Below are positions 1 through 13,769 of a stretch of 64,000 nt of DNA, in pieces (positions within the stretch are counted from its first letter, which is position 1; the number at the start of each line of letters is the position of its first letter). Position numbers and translations under genes: made by a program. The DNA comes from Trichoplax adhaerens (Eukaryota; Animalia; Placozoa). Where the stretch lies: positions 5,980,991-6,044,990 of the forward strand of contig NW_002060945.1 in NCBI RefSeq assembly GCF_000150275.1, read 5' to 3'. The notes beneath the pieces are model-generated. The model did not search any database. It saw nothing but the letters and a program-made list of their open reading frames with translations, and was not told where the DNA came from.

Positions 1-1209
1 TTGCTATATTTTCAAATCTTGAATGACCAAATTAATATCAAAATTTGAACTTTATCAGAAACCGAAAATGCTAGTGGCTTTTCGAACTATTATAAGATAC
101 ACCCTCATTTCTATATTGTGAAAGGATTACTTTTGCTTAATTCGTAAATCTAGAGCTTACTAATTTTAATCATAAAATCTATATTAAACGGTGATAACCG
201 GATTAGCAACACAACTACCCACGTAGAACTATATTTATCTAATGCCTTGTACATGGCAACCGATAAATAGTAGTATTCAAAGACGAGTATATAACAGCTG
301 CTTTAATTTCACTCAGAATTTTCAGCTTACAATGATTTTTTAATAGTAAGCGTATTTATGTAATATTATTCATTTACACGATATCTTTTTAAATTGTCTA
401 CAACTGTAAAAATTCACATCCAGTACATAAATTATGATATTTATACTCGTATACTATTTTACCATCAATTAAAGTAATCAAGTTCATCCTCACAAACTCT
501 GCTTTTAAACTCAGAGTCCCCAAGTTCAGTAGTATAGATGAGGAATAACCTTATAAAATACAGTATTTATTTTATTCAATGGAATTCATGCTAAAATTTT
601 GTTTAAAAATTGGTTTTGTTTATATAATATCTTTTGCTTTTATCAATAGGTTAGATTTACATTAATTATCTTACTGTAACATACTAATAATCAATTACAG
701 TTATCTATTTTATATTTCTAATTTTTTTTCGAATTGTAAGCTATCAAGTTGGATAAATAAGATAAGGAATATCTCTTCATAACACGGGTACGGTTTACAT
801 AAAAGCATTCCTGCTTTCTCATACTTGATCAATATATCACAGAGCTAGCAGGGCTGGATAGGTCGATTTTGATTGGATAATGCATAACTGAATGGGTTTA
901 TGGATGATCAATTTGTTTTTTACATTATAGATTATGTTGATCCTAATTTGAATAAGGGGTGGACTAACAATTGCAACACTTCCCTATTGATCCCCATACT
1001 TAAAGGGAGGATAATAATTGATTCTACTCTGACCTAAAATGACATAACTTCCTTCCTATTTCAACATAGGCGCTATGAATATCGCAAATCTATGCATAGT
1101 ATGATGCCAAAGTTTCCTAGGATTAATATAACAGGATCAATAAAATTTAATTAATTCTTTATTTTACATTGACTTAAATACTCCTATATCTCACCGACGT
1201 TATTCATCG

Positions 1210-2340
1210 CTAAATAAATCATTCTTACTAGATAATATTGTGAATGAATTAGGAAAAATCATAAAATATATTTGTTATCGTAGATGTTTAATTTTGGATT
1301 GATTCCGTATCCATCCATCTTATCAATGTAGTTCACATTTCAGGTTATTACCTTATTACTAGTAAATAGCTAAGAGTTAAATGAAAAATCATAAAAATAA
1401 GTCCATTTTGTTAACCATTTCTATCTACATGATTTCAATATCGATGGATACCTTTATTTGTGATTGAATCATTGCTGCTAGATTGTCTTTTAATCAAAAT
1501 ACGCAAAACGATTTCCTTATTGTTATTGAAATTCTAACAGAATAAGTACATTAGAAAAAATGAAAACTGTATGGAAAGATATTATCTAGTCGTTTTTGCT
1601 AGATAACATTGTCTCAACTAAAAGTGTAGAAAATAAATAATAATCACATCGCTATCAGAATGTAAAGAAAATTGAAATTTCTACTCGATCGTATGCAAGG
1701 AATAAGTAGATATTTCTACTAGATAGTATTGTCTTAACTAAAAGTATAAAAATAAGTAATAATCATTTCGTTATCAGGATGTAAGTAAAATTGAAAATTC
1801 ATGAAAAAATTTTGTTTGATTTCTGTTTTTCATGATTTAGGATATCACTCCTATATGATAACACTATCGTAATCAATACAAGAATCTGCGAAAATCATTC
1901 TTTCCTCGTTATTAAAGGGAAATGAAGTTACATGAATGATATTGTTTAATTTTTGTTCTTAAGCACATCATTCAACCTAGCTGCACTAGATAACATGATA
2001 GCATTCAAGATACGAGTATAAAATCATTCTCACATTCTCATAAAAACAGAAAAGGAAAATGATATTGCCAAATTATTATTGATAATGGAGTAGATTATCG
2101 CCCAAAGATAACATCACATCTAAACTGCATAAAAATGATTCTCTTATCTTTGCCTCAATAGATAAGAAAACGAAATTATATCGAGATGATATTATTTGAT
2201 TGTTATCCATAGCAGAGGATATCATCTATACTACAGTAGATAACATTATAGCAATCAAGATATTTGAAATACAATGCTCTTATCGCCATCAAAACTGGAA
2301 GATAAGAAAAATTTACTACATGAATCGATATCGTTGAATT
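1210..2340. repeat. Degenerate tandem array of ~120-135 bp units (~9 copies)
   Basis: A core resembling CTAGATAAYATT recurs near 1230, 1360, 1479, 1600, 1720, 1855, 1987, 2107 and 2237. The units at 1593-1681 and 1713-1800 are clearly alignable (AGATAACATTGTCTCAACTAAAAGTGTAGAAAATAA vs AGATAGTATTGTCTTAACTAAAAGTATAAAAATAA). Confidence 0.65.
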
Positions 2341-2699
2341 GTTATTTTTGTTGATGTTGTTATTTGCTTAATGATTGTTTACTTGACTAGTATTGAATTC
2401 GGCAAAGTCATTTTCATTTTCAATCACATCATCAATGTTGATGATAACGTAATCTAGAGGGGTTCCAACCCTGTCAACCCTTTACAATCGTTGACATTCT
2501 CTTTTTATCCATCACGACTTCCTTGTCTTTATCCCGTTATTGTTCATGTCTATATCGCAAAGTTAGGCTTGGCTATCATAACAAAAGTATAATTTTAAAT
2601 AGAAGAAAGACATGTAATTTACCAAATAAAATTAATTCTAATCCACCCCTCCCTCCTAATCAATATCGTTCTTTATTAATCAACTTGACTATATTATCC

Positions 2700-2842
2700 T
2701 ATATCATTTGAATCGATCAACATCTTTGATTGATTACGACGACGCTGGTCGAAAGCCCCATTTTGGCCACCTTTCCTTCTACAATTCGTTGCCAATTATT
2801 CTGTAGAGAAGCTCTTCAACTTGATTTTATTTGAGAAAGAAG
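2700..2842 (+). promoter_or_regulatory. Putative non-coding first exon / TSS region of the SLC6 gene
   Basis: Locally GC-enriched patch ending in a perfect donor AG|GTAAGT at 2842/2843. An acceptor (TTTTAG|GAT) at 7527 lies 18 nt before the SLC6 ATG and needs an upstream donor. The 5' limit is a guess. Confidence 0.35.
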
Positions 2843-3153
2843 GTAAGTGCATCGATCATTTATTTAATTTAAAAGTTCTACTCGGCCAACGATAATATTT
2901 CAACATCATACTCAACTAGTCCTCTTGATTGTGATATCAATATGATTTATTCTGCAATCATCTATATCATTCTTGATAGAGAAAAAAATTCGACGTAATC
3001 TTCTCCTCCAGATATAACCGTACCTACTTTATTTCCAGTTATCATTTTATTGATTCTTAAAGATTATTGTCGATTAATTTCATTCCCATATTGAAAATTC
3101 CTTGACTAATCAGCCAATCACTTTTTAGCCAAACTATTTGCATTGATTGCTAT

Positions 3154-3778
3154 CAATAATGATAAAATCTGGATGATATTAACCCACCTCGACTATTTTT
3201 TAATCATGTAATATTTCTATCCAGAATTTTTAAAGTGGCGGCTCTTGTTTCTATACCGTACATAGCAATGATTTTACCTCCTATAGATCAATATTCAAAT
3301 GAATGATTTATTTCTGCCCTAAAAAATTTTCGGTATATTGACTGAATAAATTTTTACGAGAACTCATCTTGGCTCTACATCAAATGATTGTATTTATTGC
3401 TATTCATGATGATAGATACCGGTATATATGTTAAGTCCCTATGTAGATCTTCATAGTATTCAATTCATTTCTGATACTATGCTAACCAATAATGATAAAT
3501 CCTGGGTGATATTGATCCAACTCGATTATTTCTATTTTATTTCTATAATATTTCTATCTAGACTTTAAAAATCTCGATTTTTGCTTCTATACCTTATAGC
3601 ATTGATTTACAACACCAGTGAATAAATATCGCAATGAATAATTTATTTTCGCATTAAAAATTTCTCGGTATATTGACTGAACGAATTTTACAAGACCTCA
3701 TATCCCACATCAAATAAATGTATTTATTGCTATCTATGATGAAAAGTGCCTATGTAGATCTTCATAATGTCTAATTCA
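3154..3778. repeat. Diverged direct tandem duplication, ~333 bp period
   Basis: CAATAATGATAAAATCTGGATGATATT...CGGTATATTGACTGAA...CCTATGTAGATCTTCATA at 3154-3467 is repeated at 3487-3778. Confidence 0.85.
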
Positions 3779-4039
3779 AATGGTATGGTATGGTGCGGTA
3801 ATTTTACAGTATTCTCAATTTAAGGGCAAATATTAATCAAGATCTTACACCTTGATACCCACGCTTAACTTATTTTATTATTAATTTTTCAAAGATCAAT
3901 AACAGGATAAGGGTTTGCATTTCTAAATTAAAAATTTTTGAATATCCTAACTAATGGCTTTGATAGAATAGATCAGTAGGTTTTATTCCCATTTACTACC
4001 ATCGAGATAATGAATCCTTAATAGGGCCTTTATATTATA

Positions 4040-4247
4040 CATTTCTACTGTATTATTACAATATCTGTATACCATTCCAATCCAGAAAGAAGGATTCTAA
4101 AAAGCTGATTTTATGTCTTACTGTAAATTAGTTCAAATGCTAGTTTAGTGTTATCTTTATATCATCCATTTCTACTGTACTATTACAATATTCATATAGC
4201 ATTTGAATCTACAAAGAAAGACTCTAAAAACTGATTTATGTCTACTA
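4040..4247. repeat. Direct duplication, 127 bp period
   Basis: CATTTCTACTGTAyTATTACAATAT...TCTAAAAA(g)CTGATTT(t)ATGTC at 4040 and 4167. Confidence 0.8.
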
Positions 4248-7200
4248 CAACGGATTCAATGTTGGATCACTTTTGAAAGCAAATATTCTAGGGAAGGTTT
4301 TTCTTTCGTCTAAAAATTTTCAAACTCGTTTACTGGCCACTTCACCGGAAATTATTGTCATTTTAGCTGACATTATTTGCATACTGATATCAAAATTACT
4401 CCTAGAAACTCTACTCCTGGATTATCTGATCATTTTAAACAACTTATATTGAACATCTACAGACTGGTAAAGCACTACAGACACTTAAATTATTCTAAAG
4501 TATGTTAGATAATTTCTTCTGCCATAGTTAGTTGTCCCTTAGTTGATGTAACTCGCACTTTATCATTTATAACCTTGAATTCCCATCCATGTTCCATGAA
4601 GAAACTCAACTGTGGAGCAAGATTAATCTACCCATTGACTGCGGTATAAAGACTTGTAAAGCATACAGGCACTTTCATAAAATATTTCCGTAAAAGATTA
4701 GTAATATGTTCCTAGTAGCTCCTAGACATATTAATTAAAGACCTTTTTCAATAGTTGATCCTCTCTTTACTCTATATTATTTGCATTTTTCTATTGATAG
4801 CGACGAATCTTGCTTCAAGTCGCTCAAATTCTACCTTATTACCAGTTTCTTTAACCTGTCCATTTAGAGTAAATTGGCACTTTTTAATTGCTATCCTTTA
4901 TTAATTAACCAATTCTACTACAATTAGCGATCAATTTTTGCCTCAAATTTTGCTTCTAGGTTATCCGATCATTTTTCTAATCTGCCGATTTAGAAAAATT
5001 AAAATCTGTAATTACTAATAGGTGATAAAAGGATAAATGATGTAGAATCTCAGTAGTAGTAACTATTAAATTTATTGACATATTTTTCATTTTGTAGCTG
5101 TTTATTTTTGGCCAATCTTTTTATTTAAGGTAAATGTAGAGCTAATTTAGTCGGCATCGGAATATTGTCTTGAGTTATGAAAAAGGAAGAGAATAATTTA
5201 ACGATTATATCCAATTAGCGATATCCAAAACAATCTATCATCAAGTTTTTAATCATTTTAATTATTATAAGCCATTACACCATTGAGATCTTTACGTTAT
5301 ATTACGATATTACTTAACGGATAATTTTTAATCCATTTGAGATTCAATTTCCAACATTTTTCCGTATACTCCCTGATTTTATACCGTAAGATATTGAAGA
5401 TAGATACTTCTAAAATATAAACTAAATTTATCGTCCTTGAATTTATAAGGCATAGTTATAGACTAATAAACTGAGATTTTTCATCTCCAATAAATATGAT
5501 TTTAGCCGGAATTATTTTTCTTCTTTGACTTCTTGACAGAAAATAGAACAGAGTTATGTCGTAGGATTATTTTTTATAACTTTTTCGTCTATTTCAGTCC
5601 AATTTACGTTTTCTTCCAAACCCTTCTTATAATTGATGCTACAAAATTTCTTTATGGAGCTCTTTTCCATCCATTTTTTCGCCTGTTCTATGATTAAAAG
5701 GGACCCTTACCGCAGAATAAATATGATTTTATTCAATTTCCTTCACCCTAATACACTTTCTATGTTGATTTGATTAAGAGATAGAAATCGTAGAAGTTTA
5801 GAGATAGTATCGCGTGTTTTACTGTTTTGCTAATATAGACTAGCTTACACGGACTTTTTTAAATATTGTAATAAAGCAGATTTTTATCTTTAGTTTTCGT
5901 AGGTCTAACTTTATTGTGAGTTAGTAAACTAATAGAGAATAAGATATAGTCTGCCGTATTACACCGCTTAATAGTGTTTATTGCCTATTAAGTGATCAAA
6001 GAAAATGAAATGCTCACTTAACTCTTAACGAGAGCTTTTATCTAATTTATGACTTAAGATGAGACTATAAGATAAAGGAATAATAATTTTACTAAAATTA
6101 TTCTCCTCTTAACTTTTAGCCATCATTTCACTCATTTCTTAATTAAAAAAATAGGAATCTTACTTAGAATCAACATGATTTTTATCCAGTTGACATCCTC
6201 TTCCTTTTCATTTTTATAATAAATGTGGCGGAAATCTGTTATAATGATTTCTTAATAACTATATTTATCCATTATTCATCATAGAAGATAACTCTTTCCT
6301 TTAGAATCAAAGCGGTTTGGCAATTTTTATTTTCCTTTCCTCATCATCTTTACGAATCTATTAGATAAAACGGAATTCCACTATCAATTTATTTCTTATT
6401 AACTATTTCCATCTGCTAATGGCTCATATAAGCGAACACTCTTAGTCAGAAATGATTAAGGCTTACTAAATTTACTTTCCCACACACTTGTTCATTTTTT
6501 TATCATTTTAAAATTATATACCAGATATCGTAAAATACTACCGTAGGGCTTCATTTTCACAGGAATCTTACTTAGTTTTCTTTAATTACGGTACATCAAT
6601 AAGATCAAGATTTTATCCCTTAAATCGAATAAGAATATCTATTGTACCTATCTAAGCTTTATTGATTTCATTTAATTTATTTAAATAGCAATCAAGGGAA
6701 AGTAAATGGAAGGAAAAACTATAGTTACAATTGCTATTGCAATCTTCTCCTTATTCTTCTATCCTAACTTTATTCCCATTTGATCGAAATTTTTCCCTTG
6801 TATCCCAACCTTTCATACTTTTTAGTAAAACAAAATATCTAAATTTCTGCTTAATTGGCGAACTATACTATATTATACAGCCATGGTTTTAAGCAAAGAT
6901 TGCACTTTAATCTAATCTAACTCACTTTTACAGTATAGTTAAAGGATTGCCTAACCTTCCATTTTCAAGAAGTTTTACCATTCAGTAAGAGAAATCAGCT
7001 TGATCAGCTTAAATCATGATAAATCGAGATAGCGTGTTCATTTATCATTCTATGTTAATTTCATATATTTTAAAAATTATCTTACATCTCTGATAGCAGT
7101 GTTTTTGCTACATTACTCGTATATGCTTGACTAAATTAAAATCCTGATCACAGATTAACTTTTAGCATTTCCAGATGGAAAAGTTTACCAATACAGTCGT

Positions 7201-7545
7201 AACATTTGTTATACGATAAAGATCCATCACTACAAAATATTGATGAAATAGAATCTCTAGCTATTCCATATTATTTAACTAATTTAATTTGCCATCAATA
7301 AAGAAAGATAGCTACGGTATAAGGTATTATTGCAATAAAATCTACAGTTATTCTACGACCAGTTTAGGTTGTCATGAAAGATAGTAACTTAACTGCAAGT
7401 TAATAGTAATATATAATCAGTAACTAAGTTACGGTATTCAGACGATTTAATTTATAGCTATCCTGCCCTATGCTCCTTTAGCCAGAATAATACCAATCGT
7501 TCCTGATCTAATTTACTCGTCTTTTAGGATCAAAGACAGTATAAC

Positions 7546-10500
7546 ATGGATGAAAATACAAGAGGACAATCGTTTGGATTTCGAGCAGGCTATCAGATGG
7601 CGATAGTCACTTTTGCCGTTAATATAGATACTATGCTACGATTTCCTCATTACTGCATGTATTATGGAGGAGGTAATCACTACTGCATTTTTCATACAGA
7701 ATTAATTAGAGTTCCACTGTCTTAGCAACTTGTATTTAATTTTACTGTATGATTGTTAATCTTAAGTACAGCTATTTCTTGATGATATTTGTTCATATTT
7801 ACTATTTATTTCTGCATTATAAGTATTTTAAAAGCATCTTAAATGCCTTTTACAAACTCTACATTTTGCAGGTGCTTTCTTTATCCCATATTTCCTAGCA
7901 ATGATCATTCTAGGTGTATTTTCAGTTTATCTGGAAACATTAATTGGGCAAATCACCAAGCTAGGACCATTACAAGCTTGGAATAAGTTATTACCACCGA
8001 TGAAAGGTATCGCCAAAAATTAGTAAATGGCTAGAAAGGGCCTATCATAGTGTCAAAATTTGACTCAATTATTTTTTGGCAAGTTAATGGTATAGCATTT
8101 TAAACCACGAATTGACGCCAAATATGATAATTTATCAATATTAAATATTATAGCAGTATAATATTGCTTAAATTAAGATCGATACTTTAGAAAATTGGCC
8201 AGCATCAGAAGAAATTATAAATTGTTAGTATTATACCGAGCTAATATCAACATTTTATTAATACATACTCAGCCTTAAAAAGCTAATAGAAGTAGGTTAT
8301 GATTTACTCATTCTTCAAATATTATACCTAGGGTAATATCCATTAATCACTAAATAATTCAGCGTAGATGGGCCTAACTGAAGCCATACCATGATTCATT
8401 AGCGTAAAAGATTAGCGTAATCTTACACTTAAGCTAATATTAAATACTATATTCAAGCATAATATAGTTTCTAAGTATTATGGGCGTCAATATGATTTTA
8501 AACAAATAACCAATATTTCAAACTAGATGTATACTAATGATATCGTAATGTTATTAGTAGGTAAAAGCAAATTCTCTTAACATGTTTCTCTACATTGAAA
8601 TCATATCTAGGTCTTGGATTTTTATATTGCTTATTTGGCTTATTTACCATGGCATATTATTTCGCAAATATGTCCTATGCCCTTTATTACTTCTATTTAG
8701 TCAATGCTAATACCTTTAATATTTCAACATGTAACAATACTTGGAATTCACCAAATTGTACAGTATCGTACAATTTTTCCTGTCTACCCAATACAACTCT
8801 ACCAAGCAACGTTTCTATGACCATGCTACCAACTACTCTACCTACAACACAAGCAGCGACAGTGATGAATTCAACACCTGTAGGTAATTTATCCAACATC
8901 ACAACTACTCCAGTAACACCATTAATACCATGCCCTCAGTACAAAGGTTTGATGTCCAATTTAGCAGAAGCTGAATTTTTCAGGTAAGAAACAGCATGGT
9001 ATTAAAATTGAATGCTAGGATAGAGCATTTAGTATTCTTTCTATCTCGTTTGTATAAATTTTTCGCAGATGTTTATAATTAAAGAAAATTTACTGAGAGA
9101 TAATCTTATGATCATTACCTTCAAATACCTGTTGTTCACATGTCTAATATTTCTGTAAATCTAAAAGCTATGCCTTGGAGAGATCCTTCTATTTATGCTA
9201 TCGGATCATCTTTGAATACCTGTTACTCACGGGTTCATTATGGTCTCTAGGCTGCATTATTCGCCTTTTCCGATAGCATATCACTTTCAAATACCTGCCA
9301 ATCATATATCTACTATAGCAACCCTTTTACTTGAGAGCTACAGCGTGCTATGTAGACGCTATATCTCTATTTGATGAACCTTGTATCTTGTCACTTTCGA
9401 ATATTCAGTGTCTGATCTATTTCATCATCATCGTAACAGTTCTTTAGGTTTTACTAGTAAAATCTATACACCATATTCTAATTCGTTGCTCTGGTCTATT
9501 ATTTGCATATTTTTAAGAAATTATGCCTTCGAAGGTACTCCTGCTCCTAATCAACTTGGCTCATTAATTCCATCGCTAGTGGCCTGCTCATTGATCGCGT
9601 GGTTGATTACATTTGTAATCATGTTAGTTGGCCTGAGATCTTTGCGATTTGTATGTTCTATAAGCTATTTCCATATTATAAGATTAATTATTTCCCTCAT
9701 TGTTCCTAATAGTACTGTCTAAAGCACAATCGCCCACTTATAGACTCTACCTAAATATCTATTAGTACAGTAATCCAATGCTATACAGTCGTAGTTTCTA
9801 TTAAACTATTGATATTTTGCAATTTACAAGTATACACCTATGTCCTGTACGAGTATTTGCATTAAATTGAATTTAATAAGGATAATTCTGTCTAACTTTG
9901 CTGTCAATATGGGTCAATTTTAGTTACCTTCAATTTATGGAGCTAAAAACTGTTACGGATAATTTGATAGTAATAATAAAATAAGATATTCGTTTCATTA
10001 CATCTATTTCTATCTCTATTAAATCTGTACTATAAAAGTAATGTAATAATATAGTTGAAGATATTGACCTTTCACTAACTTCTTTTTCTGCTACCCAACA
10101 TATCATAAAGTTCATTTCTTATCTTTATCAAATCTTCTAAATTAGTTTGGTTTCCTCCTTGTCATTCTATCATTTGCATTTATCATCATGATGATTATCG
10201 TCATTCAAGATTTAGATGGAGCAAGAGATGGTATTTTATATTTGGTAACACCTCATTATAGCTACTTGCTCCAGCCTAGTACATGGGCTATTGCTGGACT
10301 TCATGCAATATGGACTTTATCGGTGGGCTATGGTACTTACGCCCATTTTGGCTATCGAAATAAAGCCAATACTAATCCGTTTTGGTATAAAAATATTCGC
10401 TTTACCACAATTCACTACTATTAAACGTGTTAATCTATCATGGATATGTTTTTAGCTGAACATTTATTTATTTTTTAATCTATCAAAAATTAGGAGCGCA

Positions 10501-13500
10501 TTAATTACAGTCGCTATTGTGGCATTTTTTCAATTTTTTGTGGCTTATTGTATATTTGCTTACGTTGGCTTTATTGGCAAGCAGACTAATCAACTGAAAT
10601 TTGTGCTACAAAACCTGGATCAAGGTAAACCATCGTCATCCTGGATGTATGTCTTTAATTTATCCAAAGTTGTATCGCCAATGTACATTAGTTACACAAT
10701 ATCCGTGACAGTTTTTCATAGCTATCTATAAACTTTATTTGTATTACACCGTAGTTCATGTCCTACATTCAGGCATAATGTAATTTCTAATATGACTGTC
10801 TATACTAAAAGTGAAAATAATAATATTATCTTATCCTGTATAACTATTAGGTATTGGTTTGCTATTTATAATCCTACCCATCTTTACCAATTTTATTCCT
10901 GAAATGGTTCATTGGTTGGGATTTTATTATATTATATTTGTTCTAATTGCTGCTGGAACTCAGGTAGCTTCTATAATTTATTAACTGTTAATACAATGTT
11001 ACCAAACATATAGCAAATGGTAGAGTTCTATCAACGGCATACATTTCAAATTGATAAAATGATATGCTTAAGCATACTAGTGGCATCACACTTAATTCTT
11101 TGTGATAGGAATCGATTCTTTTAATGCTCGAATATTTGCTTGCCGCAAATATTCTCTTGAAGATTTAAGAAATTTGATAATTATAATTATAAGTAGCATT
11201 CTAATCCAGAGCCTATAATTATGAATAATATATCTTATTCCAGTACCCATAGTGCCCGAAACATTCTTATATCTAAATTCGAATTCTTTAGTATTCGATT
11301 GATTATAATATGCCTATATCCTTAGAATGGCTAGTTTAATAATTCTTATAAAATGAAGATATTCTAGTCTAGTATCTATGATAATCATTTTCATATCTGA
11401 ATTTGAGTTTTTTAGTATTCAGCAGATTATAGTTCGTTTATACCTTTAGAACGGTAAGTTTAAGAGCTCTTTAAAAATGATAAACGGATATTGAAGATTG
11501 ACAAAAATTTTCTAAAATTATGGTTAAGCATATTCTATTCCAGTACCCACAGTAATCTTTCTTATACCTGAACTTGAGTTCTTTACTCTTCAGCTAGTTA
11601 TACACCAATATCTTTAGATATGACGAATTTATCAGTTCTTTTAAACTGACAAATGAATATTTAAGATTGGTAATAGCTTACTCTGATGATAATCTTGAAT
11701 TATTTTACTCTCTACAAGCTATCGTGAAACGCTCATCTAGTAGCTTATTTATTGCTTTTTACAGTACTTAATATATTAGGCTTTATTGAAAAGAATTTTA
11801 CTTTATCAGATCATTCAAAATACAAATTTATTTTAACATGGTAATCTAATCTCTGCGGTGGTATTTTAGCAGTCACTGGCTTCATATAATAATAACCCGA
11901 AAATGCTCTTTAAACCCATGTATTATTTACCAAAATGCATGATATATGCGGTAGTCCTGCATAACAATTCATTTTAGTTAGTATATTCAACAAGAGATAG
12001 CATGCAATGATATTAAGTGACGCCAACATACTGAATTGCAACATTGTAACTACTGTCTATTTTCTCTATTAAGTCACCCCAAAAGATTCACATATAAGGT
12101 AGATATCCACAACAACGCCATCAAATGTTTTTCTAATATTAATCTTTCTAGGCGATGCTATTGGAAACTGTTTCTTCTATTATTTACGACGAATTACCGG
12201 AGAAAGTGCGAGCCTATAAATGGCCAGTTCGATTAATATTGTCTTACGTCGTCTTAGGATTCAGTCTTTTTTGTGAAATTCAGGTAGGATTATTAATCAT
12301 ACCTGGAATTAATTTATGGCAAACTATATCACAATAATAAATGGTTAACCGCTGCATGTTTATTTGATCGAAAATAGAATGGCTATCATATTCTAACTGC
12401 TATGGGTAAGGTAATACAAGATTGGTCAATCATCATGCTGATTTTGCAGTCATTGACACTAGCTTATGTCTTCGGTAAGCACACTGCATTCGAAATAAAA
12501 AAACATATTTTAATTTTATGAGCAGAAATATTGGTCGATAAACTTCTGGATTACGCGATCGTAATAATAGAAGTACTTAATGTACGTAAAATCCTAGTTA
12601 AGGAATAATTTCCATCCTTAGGTATGGGAACACGGATTGAAAGTAATATGGCCAAATACAACCGACCTCGCATGTTAATCTTCTGGCTCACTGGTTCTAT
12701 CATAGTTGCACTTTTAGCTATCGTAAGTTATATCTTTAACAATATATACGATGAACCTAATATTTGATTATAATGATATAAAATATATCACAAGAATTTA
12801 ATACGATAGAGAGGCGAAATATTTCTACTATCGAGGTTTTTTTGAATCAACCAATTAAGTATGTGACATCATTGTATGAAAAATATATCACAAGAATTAA
12901 TACGATAAAGAGTAAAAGCACTTCTGCTATCGAAGTTTTACGGATTAGATATGTGATACTATTATATGAAAACATATTGCAAGAATTGAATATGATAATG
13001 AGTCGAAAAATTCTACTACAAAGGCATTCAAGGATTAAATTTAAAATATATTTACGACAGTGAATTTAAAAGAGTCTCGTATCATTCAGAAAAAATATAA
13101 TAGAGGATAACCTATATTAATTTTATACAGCCACAGATGTACAATCGATGTTATTTTAGCCATAATGTTGATTTCAAAATTTGAAATTAATTAAAGGAGG
13201 AGCACAATTACAGTAATATCCATTAGCAATGCTTTAGCAATTAAGAAAATAAATTTTATTGCCTAGTAAAATATATTATAAATTCTTGCCTGAGCAACGA
13301 TATTCGTTTATCGTAATTTGAAATAAGCGAACGACCATGTTACCTAGGATTATTCAATCTAGATATAGTGAAAAGCTCTAACATCTGTAAAATAGAGCTC
13401 ATAAAATATAGATATTAAGATATTTCATATAAATTACAATCGCAAAAATTAATTCTTAAATAATAATAAGTTGTCGCTGAAATTGGAAATTATTTACTCT

Positions 13501-13769
13501 TGCAGCTCCTTTTCATTTACTATCAAATCTACAATGTTACCATTAATCGTCCGTCTGATTTAGCCATGGCAAAAGTGATGTTTTACATTATATTGGGCAT
13601 TAGCGGTGGCATTCTCGTCACCGTGATGATTGTTAAACTTATGGGAGTATGCGATCAATCAGTTGGACAAGAAGATAACCAATTAAATATGGATGTTGGA
13701 TTTAAAAGGCGATCGCCAGCCAGAAGAGATACCGGAGTACAACGATTAGTGGGAAACCGAGAAGAGTAA
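7546..13769 (+). CDS. Divergent SLC6 / neurotransmitter:sodium symporter family transporter (11 coding exons, 12 TM)
   Basis: Exons ~7546-7672, 7872-8006, 8611-8983, 9518-9649, 10145-10384, 10494-10624, 10851-10963, 12152-12283, 12378-12474, 12622-12723, 13506-13769, with GT-AG ends. Family signatures: RFPHYCMYYGGGAFFIPY (cf. RFPYLCYKNGGGAFLIPY), LETLIGQ, KGLG, EL2 CNNTWNSPNC, AEAEFF, LDGARDGILYLVTP, W...SVGYG, DQGIGLLFI. Confidence 0.9.
11232..11650. repeat. Three diverged ~150 bp direct repeats inside an SLC6 intron
   Basis: TATTCCAGTACCCAyAGT at ~11237 and ~11536. Units resembling TATATCTrAATTyGArTTyTTTAGTATTC...TTAGAA at ~11268, ~11393 and ~11564. Confidence 0.7.
12755..13035. repeat. 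Three ~85-100 bp direct repeats inside the last SLC6 intron
   Basis: AAAATATATCACAAGAATTAATACGATA...TTCTrCTATCGArGTTTT near 12780 and 12880, with a weaker copy near 12968. Confidence 0.75.

Noticed and set aside
1210-2340. Regularly spaced repeats considered as a CRISPR-like array
   Set aside because: Whole units are homologous and degenerate, with no identical repeats or unique spacers; eukaryotic context and no cas genes.
2523-2711. 62-aa ORF
   Set aside because: TTG start, no recognisable motif; probably upstream or promoter sequence.
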